From the NCBI GenBank assembly GCA_964647625.1, contig CAZYHZ010000001.1:94742-158741 (forward strand): a stretch of DNA of 64,000 nucleotides, in the 5' to 3' direction. A program made the position numbers and the translations under genes. This stretch comes from an uncultured Acidobacteriota bacterium (lineage in GTDB: Bacteria > Acidobacteriota > Polarisedimenticolia > Polarisedimenticolales > DASRJG01). This document shows, one piece after another, positions 56,960 through 64,000 of the stretch; position 1 is the stretch's first letter, and each line of letters begins with the position of its first letter. Below the pieces are notes generated by a model, which was not told where the DNA came from, searched no databases, and saw nothing but the letters and a program-made list of their open reading frames with translations.

Positions 56960-58594
56960 ATGACGCGTCCCGAGCGAGTGCTGCCCCAGGGGACAGTTTG
57001 GGCCGCGGCGCTTCTCGTGATCGCGGCGTCGGCGGCGCTGCGCGCGTATCGGCTCGACTACGGGCTGCCGGCGACGCTCGATGTCGACGCCTCGAAGTGG
57101 GTCGACGACGCTTCGCGCATGGTCGCGACGGGCGCGTGGAAGCCCGTCAATCTGCAGTACCCGACCTTCTTCACCTACATCCTGGCCGGCCTGTTCCGCC
57201 TCACCTCCGCGCGATCGGTGTTCGAGCAGCATGCGATGGCGCGCGCCGTTTCGGCGGCGTTCGGCACCGGAATGGTGGCCGCGACCTGGGCGCTCGGGCG
57301 TCGGCTCGGAAGCACCGTCGCGGCAACCGCGGGGGCCGCATTGGTCGTCTTCTCCACCGTCTGCGTGACGTCCTCCCGAACGGCGGCCACGGACACGATG
57401 CTGGCCTTCCTGGTGACGCTGGCCGTCTGTGTTCTCGCGGGGCCGGGAATCGGAACTCGCGAGATGATCATTTCGGGCGTGCTGGTAGGTCTCGCCACGG
57501 GCACGAAATTTTCGGGCGCCCTGGCGCTCCCGACCTTGTGGATCGCCGGAATCCGCATGGGCTGGGTCGATGGACGATGGCGCCGCGCCGCCGCTGCGAC
57601 CGCCGCGTCCTCGCTCGTGGCGGGCGCGTCGTTCCTCCTCGTGACGCCGTCATACGTTCCGCTCATGGGGCAGTACCTCGATCGCATGCGACTGGAGTCC
57701 GTGCTCCAGCGCAGTGGACAGCTCGGCCACGTTCAGCTCGGCGTGCTCGACTACTTCTTCTCGCTCACCCCGACGTGCGAACAGCCCTGGCAAGGCACGT
57801 CGCTGCTCGCGGACGTCGGCCCGGCCGTGCTCGGCCTTGCGCTCGTCGCCGTCGCCTTGGCGGTCGCGGGCCGTCTGGGCCGCGGCGCGTTCCTCCTCGC
57901 GGCGCACGCCGTCGTCTTCCTCGCGATCCTGTGCCGGCCCGGACATGTGAAGGCGGTCCGGTTCCTGCTGCCGATCCTTCCGGCGCTCTTCGTTCTCGCC
58001 GGCTTGCTCGTCGAGCGAGGGCTCGCACGACTGACCGGGTGGAGATCGAGTCCGGGGATCGAACGCAGCCTGGCGGTTCTCGTTATCGCCGGGCTCCTGC
58101 TCTGGCCGGCGTCGCGATCGCTGCCGTACGTCGCGATGCACCGCCGCGAATCCACCACGGCGCGGGCGCACGCTTGGATCGCGGAGCACGTTCCGTCCGG
58201 TTCGCGCGTGATGGTCTGGCCGCTGTTCGAGGAAGATCTGCTCACGCTCCCTTACAACTTCCTCACCATCGATGGTTACGGGACGCGCCAGTACAACCTG
58301 CCGGCATCGATCGGATTCAGCCCCGAGCGCCAGCCGATCTTCGTGCCGGAGTTGTTCGATCAATCCCGAGACGCGGGGCTCCAGTACGTCGTCGTCAATT
58401 CGTTTCTGGGCTGCCAGTTCTCGCCGTCGCCGGAAAACGTCAAGTGGTTCCCGGTCTCGGTGGAGCAATACGGCCGCACGATGGAGCACATCCGGCAATC
58501 GAGCGACCGGCTGTTTGAAATTCGTGGGTGGGAGGAACGGCGGCCCGGTCCCGACATCACGGTCTACGGCGTGCACGCGGCGGCCGCCCGGTGA
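56960..58594 (+). CDS. GT39 / PMT_2-like membrane glycosyltransferase (GT-C fold)
   Basis: The protein is polytopic, with a first periplasmic loop carrying acidic residues (YGLPATLDVDASKWVDDASRM) and about 10 further TM helices, then a soluble C-terminal domain. The overall layout resembles ArnT/PMT_2. The stop overlaps the next gene's start as GTGA (58591-58594). Confidence 0.7.
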   Translation: MTRPERVLPQGTVWAAALLVIAASAALRAYRLDYGLPATLDVDASKWVDDASRMVATGAWKPVNLQYPTFFTYILAGLFRLTSARSVFEQHAMARAVSAAFGTGMVAATWALGRRLGSTVAATAGAALVVFSTVCVTSSRTAATDTMLAFLVTLAVCVLAGPGIGTREMIISGVLVGLATGTKFSGALALPTLWIAGIRMGWVDGRWRRAAAATAASSLVAGASFLLVTPSYVPLMGQYLDRMRLESVLQRSGQLGHVQLGVLDYFFSLTPTCEQPWQGTSLLADVGPAVLGLALVAVALAVAGRLGRGAFLLAAHAVVFLAILCRPGHVKAVRFLLPILPALFVLAGLLVERGLARLTGWRSSPGIERSLAVLVIAGLLLWPASRSLPYVAMHRRESTTARAHAWIAEHVPSGSRVMVWPLFEEDLLTLPYNFLTIDGYGTRQYNLPASIGFSPERQPIFVPELFDQSRDAGLQYVVVNSFLGCQFSPSPENVKWFPVSVEQYGRTMEHIRQSSDRLFEIRGWEERRPGPDITVYGVHAAAAR

Positions 58595-60582
58595 GTCGCT
58601 CTGCCAGGGCAGCCCTGATCGTTGCGCTCGTCCTCGTGTGCTACGCGCCCGCGCTGCACGGCGGGTTCCTCTGGGATGACAACGATCACATCAGCGAAAA
58701 CCGTGCGCTGCGGGACGTGTCGGGCCTACGCGACATCTGGTTGAAGCGCGGGGCGACGCCTCAGTACTACCCCCTGACCTTCACCGCCTTCTGGATCGGC
58801 TACCGGCTCTGGGGGCTCGACCCTCTCGGCTACCACCTGCTCAACGCCGGGATGCACGCGCTCGTCGCGATCCTCCTCTGGAGAATGCTCGCGCGTCTCC
58901 GAGCCCCCGGGGCGTTCGTGGGCGCCTGCCTGTTCGCGGCGCACCCCGTCAACACGATGAGTGTTGCCTGGATGACGGAGCTGAAGAACACGCTCTCCGC
59001 CGCGCTCGCGCTCGCGGCGTGCCTCGCGTACCTGAAGTTCGCCGGCATCGGGTCACCGGACGACGAGGCCACCGCCGCGACAGGCGGCCGCCGCTGGGGT
59101 GTGCTCGCCCTCGCGACGGTGTGGTTCTCCCTGGCAATGCTGGCGAAGACCGCCGTCGTCTTCGTTCCCGTGACGCTCTGGCTGATCCTCTGGTGGCAGA
59201 AGGACCGCGTCGAGCGAATCGACCGGTGGGCTCTCGGCGCGCTTGCCGCCGCCGGGGCGGCGATGGGAGCGCTGACGATCGTCGTCGAGCGCCTGCGCGG
59301 CGGCGACGTGGGTCGCACTTACGCGCTGGGGCTCGCGGAACGCGTGATCGTCTCGGGACGATCATTCTGGTTCTACCTGGGAAAGCTCGCGTTCCCCCAT
59401 CCCTTGATCTTCATCTATCCACGCTTCGCGCTCGCCACGAGCGATCCCCTCTCCTACCTGCCCGCGGCCGCCACGGCCGCAGCGCTCGCGGGGCTGTTCG
59501 TCGCGCGCAAGAAGCTCGGCAAGGGCCCGTTCGTTGCGGCCATGCACTTCTACGTGGCGACGTCGGTGTTGATCTTTTTCGTCGTGACCTACTTCACGCG
59601 CTACTCGTACGTCTCCGACCACTGGCAGTACTTCGGGATGATGAGCATCCTGGCACTCGCCGGGGCGGGGGTCGCGCGGCTTCCGCGCCTCGTCGGGAAC
59701 GGAACGGCCGTAGCGCTCGTCGCGATCCTCGCGGCACTCACGTTCCGGACTGCCGGCTCGTACCGCGACCTCGAGACCCTCTACCGGACGACGATCGAGA
59801 AGAACCCGCGCTGCGCCATGGCTTACGACAACCTGGGCGCGCTCCTCACGGCGAAGGGGCGTAACGGCGACGCGATCCCGCTTCTCGAGCAAGCGCTGCG
59901 TCTCGAGCCGGACTATGCGGAGGCCCATCTCAATCTCGGCAACGCGCTGCTCCTCGAAGGTAAGCGGGACGACGCGATCGCGCACTTCAACGAGGCCATG
60001 CGGATCTTCCCCGCGTACGCGCCGGATGCGCACTACAACATAGGCAACGCGCTGCTCGGCGCGGGAAAGGTCGACGAGGCGATCGGGCAGTACGAGGACG
60101 CGCTCCGTCTGCGGCCCGATCGTGCGGAGATCCACGCGAACCTCGGCCTTGCGCTTGCCCAACAACACAGAATCCCCGAAGCCATCGAGCGCTTCCATGA
60201 GGCCCTCCGCCTCGACGGCAAGCTCGCGGCCCGAATGCACCTCAACCTGGGAGACGTCTTCAAAGACACGGAGCGCACCGACGACGCGATCGCCGAGTAC
60301 GGCGCGTCGCTTCAGAGCGACCCCGGAAACGCAGAGGCCGCGAGGAAGCTCGCCTTCGCCCTCGCAAGCCGCAACCGCTGGCCGGAGGCGATCGAGCGCT
60401 TCCGCCAGGTGACCCGCATCCAGCCGGGTTCGGCCGCCGCCCACAACGATCTCGGCGTCGCGCTCGCGAGCGCCGGCCGCATCGCGGAAGCCCAAGCCGA
60501 GTTCCGTGACGCGCTCCGGCTCGATCCGGCGTTCGAAGACGCCCGCGCGAACCTCTCTCGCGCAGAGGGTGCGAGGCACTAA
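58591..60582 (+). CDS. TMTC-like GT-C membrane protein with C-terminal TPR array (putative protein O-mannosyltransferase homologue)
   Basis: GTG at 58591 is in frame. The motifs align with remembered human TMTC3 segments (CYAPALHGGFLWDDNDHISEN; QYYPLTFTAFWIGY; GYHLLNAGMHALVAILL; LFAAHPVNTMSVAWMTELKNTLSAALALAACLAYLKF). Eight or more TPR units follow, for example AYDNLGALLTAKGRNGDAIPLLEQALRLEPDYAEAHLNLG. Confidence 0.85.
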   Translation: MSRSARAALIVALVLVCYAPALHGGFLWDDNDHISENRALRDVSGLRDIWLKRGATPQYYPLTFTAFWIGYRLWGLDPLGYHLLNAGMHALVAILLWRMLARLRAPGAFVGACLFAAHPVNTMSVAWMTELKNTLSAALALAACLAYLKFAGIGSPDDEATAATGGRRWGVLALATVWFSLAMLAKTAVVFVPVTLWLILWWQKDRVERIDRWALGALAAAGAAMGALTIVVERLRGGDVGRTYALGLAERVIVSGRSFWFYLGKLAFPHPLIFIYPRFALATSDPLSYLPAAATAAALAGLFVARKKLGKGPFVAAMHFYVATSVLIFFVVTYFTRYSYVSDHWQYFGMMSILALAGAGVARLPRLVGNGTAVALVAILAALTFRTAGSYRDLETLYRTTIEKNPRCAMAYDNLGALLTAKGRNGDAIPLLEQALRLEPDYAEAHLNLGNALLLEGKRDDAIAHFNEAMRIFPAYAPDAHYNIGNALLGAGKVDEAIGQYEDALRLRPDRAEIHANLGLALAQQHRIPEAIERFHEALRLDGKLAARMHLNLGDVFKDTERTDDAIAEYGASLQSDPGNAEAARKLAFALASRNRWPEAIERFRQVTRIQPGSAAAHNDLGVALASAGRIAEAQAEFRDALRLDPAFEDARANLSRAEGARH

Positions 60583-60690
60583 GGGTTTTCCCTTACGCTC
60601 GCACGATCTTCACGGGATATAGAATCGCCGCACCGGGAAACACGACAGTACATCCGATCGCTGTCCGAACTCTGAGACGAGGTGATCGAC

Positions 60691-61035
60691 ATGACGACCA
60701 GTCGCCGCGTCAAGAGCACAACCCACGGATTCCCATTCGCGCGAATCCTGAATGGGGCCGGATTCTGTGTTGCCCCGACTCTCTGGGAGTTCGTTCGCTC
60801 TCTGGCGCATCGTATTGCCGGCTTCCCGGCCGCCGGCCGCGCTGCGCTCAAGGATCGAGTCAACTCGATCTCGCTCGCGCAGGTCGGGGACTTCCGCCGG
60901 GATTCCGATATGTTCCTCGAGCGCGCGCGCGACCCCGAGACTCAGCGACGGACGAAGCTCGCGATGACCCGGGGGTTTCAGACTCACGACGGTGAGCTGG
61001 CCCTTGCCAAGATGGTGACCGACCTCGCCGAGTGA
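60691..61035 (+). CDS. hypothetical protein (114 aa)
   Basis: GAGGTG lies 6 nt before ATG at 60691. Third-position GC bias is moderate. The stop lies 19 nt before the ADH gene. I recognise no motifs. Confidence 0.45.
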   Translation: MTTSRRVKSTTHGFPFARILNGAGFCVAPTLWEFVRSLAHRIAGFPAAGRAALKDRVNSISLAQVGDFRRDSDMFLERARDPETQRRTKLAMTRGFQTHDGELALAKMVTDLAE

Positions 61036-61054
61036 GCCGTGGAGGGACGCTGAC

Positions 61055-62071
61055 ATGACCGTCTACCGAGTCGTCCAGGCGACGAAACCAGGGGTGTTGC
61101 AGCTTTCGGAGCGCCCGCTCGTGGATCCCGAGCCGATGCACGTCCGCATCCGCCTCGAAGCGTGCGGCATCTGCCATTCCGATGCGCTCGGGGTCCAGGG
61201 GGTGCTGCCCGGCGCGGTGTTCCCTCGAATTCCAGGGCACGAAGCAATCGGACGGATCGATGCTTTAGGCGCCGGAGTGGACGATTGGAGCGTGGGCCAG
61301 CGCGTTGGCGTCGGCTATCTGGGCGGCCACTGCGGGCGCTGCCGCTTCTGCCGGCGGGGCCGCTTCGTCCACTGCGTTCGCCAGCACGTCACCGGCACGA
61401 CGAACGACGGAGGCTATGCCGAGGTCATGTACGCGCGCGCGTCCGGCCTCGCGGCGGTTCCCAACGAGCTGTCCTCCGTGGAGGCGGCTCCCCTGCTCTG
61501 CGCCGGGCTGACCACGTTCAACTCGCTTCGCAACTCCGGCGCGCGGCCGGGCGAGCTCGTCGCCATCCAGGGGATCGGCGGTCTCGGACATCTGGCCGTC
61601 CAGTACGCGCGGCGCATGGGATTCCGGGTCGCGGCGATCGCGCGCGGCCCCGAGAAGCGCGAGCTGGCACTCGGCCTGGGCGCTCATCACTACATCGACG
61701 GCGCCGCGACGGACCCGGCGAAAGCGCTTCTAGAGCTGGGCGGCGCGTCGGTGATCCTCGCAACGGCATCGAGCAGCAAGTCGCAGTCGGGCCTACTCGA
61801 AGGATTGCTCCCGGCCGGGAAGCTCGTCATCGTCGGCCTCGACGGCTCGCCGATCGAGGTTGGGTCGGCGGCGCTCGTCATTTCGGAGCGCCGGGTCGAG
61901 GGCTCTCTGACCGGCTCGTCCCAGGATGCCGAGGACGCGCTGGGCTTCAGCGTCCTTCAGAACGTGCGCTCGAAGAACGAGGTCATCCGGCTGGACGATG
62001 CGGCGGAAGGCTACGCGCGGATGATGAGCAACGCGGCACGGTTCCGCGTCGTGATCGCAATCGGACATTGA
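61055..62071 (+). CDS. zinc-dependent alcohol dehydrogenase (AdhP-like, MDR superfamily)
   Basis: Motifs are CGICHSD, GHEAIGRI, the structural zinc cysteines CGRCRFCRRGRFVHC, and the Rossmann motif IQGIGGLGHLAVQYA. Confidence 0.9.
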   Translation: MTVYRVVQATKPGVLQLSERPLVDPEPMHVRIRLEACGICHSDALGVQGVLPGAVFPRIPGHEAIGRIDALGAGVDDWSVGQRVGVGYLGGHCGRCRFCRRGRFVHCVRQHVTGTTNDGGYAEVMYARASGLAAVPNELSSVEAAPLLCAGLTTFNSLRNSGARPGELVAIQGIGGLGHLAVQYARRMGFRVAAIARGPEKRELALGLGAHHYIDGAATDPAKALLELGGASVILATASSSKSQSGLLEGLLPAGKLVIVGLDGSPIEVGSAALVISERRVEGSLTGSSQDAEDALGFSVLQNVRSKNEVIRLDDAAEGYARMMSNAARFRVVIAIGH

Positions 62072-62075
62072 TGCG

Positions 62076-62705
62076 ATGAACCCGCCATTGCCTCCCGGCC
62101 AGACGCTCACCGCCAAGTGGCCGGTCCTCACGTACGGCGACACACCGCACACCGATCTCCGCACGTGGACGTTCCGATGCTTCGGGCGGGTCGAGGCCGA
62201 GGTCTCCTGGACGTGGGAGGACCTCGGACGGTTGCCGCAGGTCGAGGTGCGATCCGATATCCACTGCGTGACGGGGTGGAGCCGCTTCGATAACCTGTGG
62301 AAGGGCGTTGATGTTCGCGAGATCCTCACGCGCACGAACATGCTTCCGGATGCTGTCTCCGTGATGGTCCACGCGGAGCAGGGTTACACCACGAATATCC
62401 TGCTGTCCGATCTGCGCGCCGATGGCGTCCTGCTTGCGCTCCGGCACGACGGCGCGCCTCTCGGTGCCGAGCATGGGGGGCCCTGCCGCCTCGTCGTTCC
62501 GCATCTCTACTTCTGGAAGAGCGCGAAGTGGGTCCGCGGGTTCGAGTTTCTCGAAGTGAACGCCCCCGGATTCTGGGAAGTCAACGGCTATCACCTGCGC
62601 GCCGACCCTTGGACAGAGGAGCGCTATTCCGGTCAGGAAACTCGCGCCATGCAGCAGATGCGTACGGAGGCGGCGCGCCGCATCCGAAAGGGGGGGAGTT
62701 CATGA
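62076..62705 (+). CDS. sulfite-oxidase-like molybdopterin-binding oxidoreductase domain protein
   Basis: The start lies 4 nt after the ADH stop. The Oxidored_molyb-type motifs are DIHCVTGWSRFDNLWKGV (the Mo-ligand Cys context) and EHGGPCRLVVPHLYFWKSAKWV. Confidence 0.8.
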   Translation: MNPPLPPGQTLTAKWPVLTYGDTPHTDLRTWTFRCFGRVEAEVSWTWEDLGRLPQVEVRSDIHCVTGWSRFDNLWKGVDVREILTRTNMLPDAVSVMVHAEQGYTTNILLSDLRADGVLLALRHDGAPLGAEHGGPCRLVVPHLYFWKSAKWVRGFEFLEVNAPGFWEVNGYHLRADPWTEERYSGQETRAMQQMRTEAARRIRKGGSS

Positions 62706-62714
62706 GTGCGAGTC

Positions 62715-64000
62715 TCAGAACTCGATCCGAAACTCCGCACCGCCGCCTTCCGACGGCTCGAGGCTGAAGTCGAACCGGTGCTGCGTGAGGATCTCGCGCA
62801 CCACGGTCAAGCCGAGGCCCCGGCCGTCGCGCTTCGTGCTGAAGAACGGGGTGAACAGCTTTTCGCGCGCTTGCTCGGCGATCCCCCGCCCGGTGTCGCG
62901 GATCGACAGGCGCGGGCGAGGTCCATCGCGCACGAGCGAGATTCCGATCCGGCCGTCCGAGCCGATCGATTCCATCGCGTTCTTGAAGACGTTGACGAGG
63001 ACTTGCTCCATCTGATTCTTGTCGAGCGCGATCGCGCCGATCTCGTCGGCGGCGTCCCACGCGGCGACGATGCGGCGTTCTTCCAGCTCGGGGCGCAGGA
63101 GGATGAGGATCTCATCGATGAGGGGCTTCATCTCGCACGGCCGCGGGTCGGGTGGCGGCAGGCGGACGACCTCCGCGAATCCGCGCATGAAGACGTTCAG
63201 GTTGTTCATCCGGGCCACCGCGACATCGAGCGCCTGCTCGAAGTCGGAGCGATCCGGCGGCTCGATCCCGCCGGCGTAATGGCGCAGCGACTCGAGAAGG
63301 GAGCGGACCGCGCCGACCGAGTTGTTCACCTCGTGCGTGATCATCCGGATCAGCTTCTCGTACGCTTCCTTCTCGGTGGTGCGCAATTCTTCCGTCAGCT
63401 CCTCCAGGACGAAGAAGCTCCGCGGATGGCCGTGGTCGTAGAAGGCGGCGTGGGCGATCTTCATCCGGCGGCCGCCTGGGATCGTGACGACGCGTGTCTC
63501 GCCCTGCTCGAGGGCGTCGAGGGACTGGGCCACTGGATCGCCGGTGTCGCGCAGCCGTCGTCCCACGATCGCGCGCGCGGCGCCGAGCAATCGCCGGGCT
63601 GCGGGGTTGATCTGGCTGACGCGCCCTTCGTAGTCCAGGGTCACGACACCGGCGGGCGAAGCGTCGAGCACCTTCTCGAGGAACGAGTGCTTTTCCTCGG
63701 CCTTCAGGCGCTCCTCGCGCAGGCGGTCGATCATCAGGTTGTAGACGGCGATCAGCTCGTCCAGCTCGCCCTGGCCGACGGGAAGGAAATGCGTCGTGAA
63801 ATCCCGCTCGCGCATCAGCTCGGCGCCGGTCCGGACCATCCGCAGCGGCGCGAACAGCGCGCGCACCAGGACGATCCCGATCAGGATGGAGACCGCGAAG
63901 AACGCCTCGGCCGCGAGGAGCAGGGCGCGGTTCTGCGACAGAACGAGCCAGGCGACCACCCCGAGCGTGAGATGGACGAGCGCGAGATAGACGAGGACCT
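62715..64000 (-). CDS. sensor histidine kinase (TM/HAMP-PAS-HisKA-HATPase_c), 5' end beyond window
   Basis: The H-box is MITHEVNNSVGAV, the N-box is QVLVNVFKNAMESI, G1 is IRDTGRGI and G2 is GRGLGLTVV. The reading frame stays open and hydrophobic (..VLVYLALVHLTLG) up to nt 64000, so the GTG at 63959 is probably internal. Confidence 0.85.
   Translation of the reverse strand, partial: VLVYLALVHLTLGVVAWLVLSQNRALLLAAEAFFAVSILIGIVLVRALFAPLRMVRTGAELMRERDFTTHFLPVGQGELDELIAVYNLMIDRLREERLKAEEKHSFLEKVLDASPAGVVTLDYEGRVSQINPAARRLLGAARAIVGRRLRDTGDPVAQSLDALEQGETRVVTIPGGRRMKIAHAAFYDHGHPRSFFVLEELTEELRTTEKEAYEKLIRMITHEVNNSVGAVRSLLESLRHYAGGIEPPDRSDFEQALDVAVARMNNLNVFMRGFAEVVRLPPPDPRPCEMKPLIDEILILLRPELEERRIVAAWDAADEIGAIALDKNQMEQVLVNVFKNAMESIGSDGRIGISLVRDGPRPRLSIRDTGRGIAEQAREKLFTPFFSTKRDGRGLGLTVVREILTQHRFDFSLEPSEGGGAEFRIEF

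Noticed and set aside
60580-60595. Small hairpins that could be terminators: TAAGGG-TTTT-CCCTTA at the TMTC-like stop, GGCGCCG...CGGCGCC at 26166-26191, GCGTCC-GGCATG-GGACGC at 49795-49812, and GTGACGC...GCGTCAC at 51616-51647.
   Set aside because: The stems are only 6-7 bp, the loops are often large, and there is no downstream U-tract. In GC-rich DNA such inverted repeats arise by chance, so none is reported as a terminator feature.
1-64000. A search for mobile elements, integrases, phage genes, toxin-antitoxin pairs, defence systems, reverse transcriptases, rRNA and tRNA genes.
   Set aside because: No translation in any frame shows DDE, tyrosine- or serine-recombinase, RT, Cas, nuclease-helicase or TA hallmarks that I can recognise, and no intergenic segment is long enough or structured like a tRNA or rRNA. 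Absence is by eye only.

Overview
This is a very GC-rich, gene-dense bacterial chromosomal segment (GC judged by eye only; all domain calls come from reading motifs, with no BLAST or HMM run). I can support about 41 protein-coding genes. I found no rRNA, tRNA, CRISPR array, transposase, integrase or phage gene. The many 60-1000 aa ORFs on opposite or alternate frames of the genes below are high-GC artefacts and were rejected.

The window is dominated by large secreted proteins built from eukaryote-like extracellular domains:
- four paralogous Kelch beta-propeller proteins with 14, 7, 14 and 14 blades, some carrying MopE-type metal-binding motifs and thrombospondin type-3 repeats
- a BNR/Asp-box (sortilin-like) giant with choice-of-anchor-D-like Ig repeats
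- a Dictyostelium-type cysteine-repeat protein
- a protein fragment with two proprotein-convertase P-domain-like units
- a DUF3857-transglutaminase-TPR giant

Interleaved with these are signalling genes: three Hanks-type Ser/Thr kinases (two with TolB/PD40 propellers, one with a zinc ribbon and a polytopic membrane tail), an ECF sigma / anti-sigma / DUF4097 operon, a membrane-anchored LuxR regulator and a partial sensor histidine kinase. There are also GT-C membrane glycosyltransferases: two GT39/ArnT-like genes and two TMTC-like TPR genes, plus a PAP2 phosphatase. Housekeeping-type genes fill the rest: two Zn alcohol dehydrogenases, a SulP permease, a cysteine-synthase-like enzyme, a class V aminotransferase, a sulfite-oxidase-like Mo enzyme, two methyltransferases, an M48 peptidase and a tetraheme cytochrome / 4Fe-4S / NrfD quinone module.

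The most interesting signals are:
1. A roughly 65-105 aa module ending in a cysteine sits at the extreme C-terminus of seven otherwise unrelated secreted proteins, and an orphan half-copy lies in an 'intergenic' region.
2. A roughly 120 aa N-terminal domain that I cannot assign is shared by all four Kelch paralogues.
3. The TMTC-like and GT39 glycosyltransferase genes are embedded among these Ser/Thr-rich secreted substrates.
4. A roughly 60 bp AT-rich island interrupts the otherwise GC-saturated sequence.

The lineage is unknown. The gene content (PD40-linked kinases, MopE/TSP3 motifs, TMTC-like TPR proteins) would fit an Acidobacteriota- or Myxococcota-like organism, but that is a guess.
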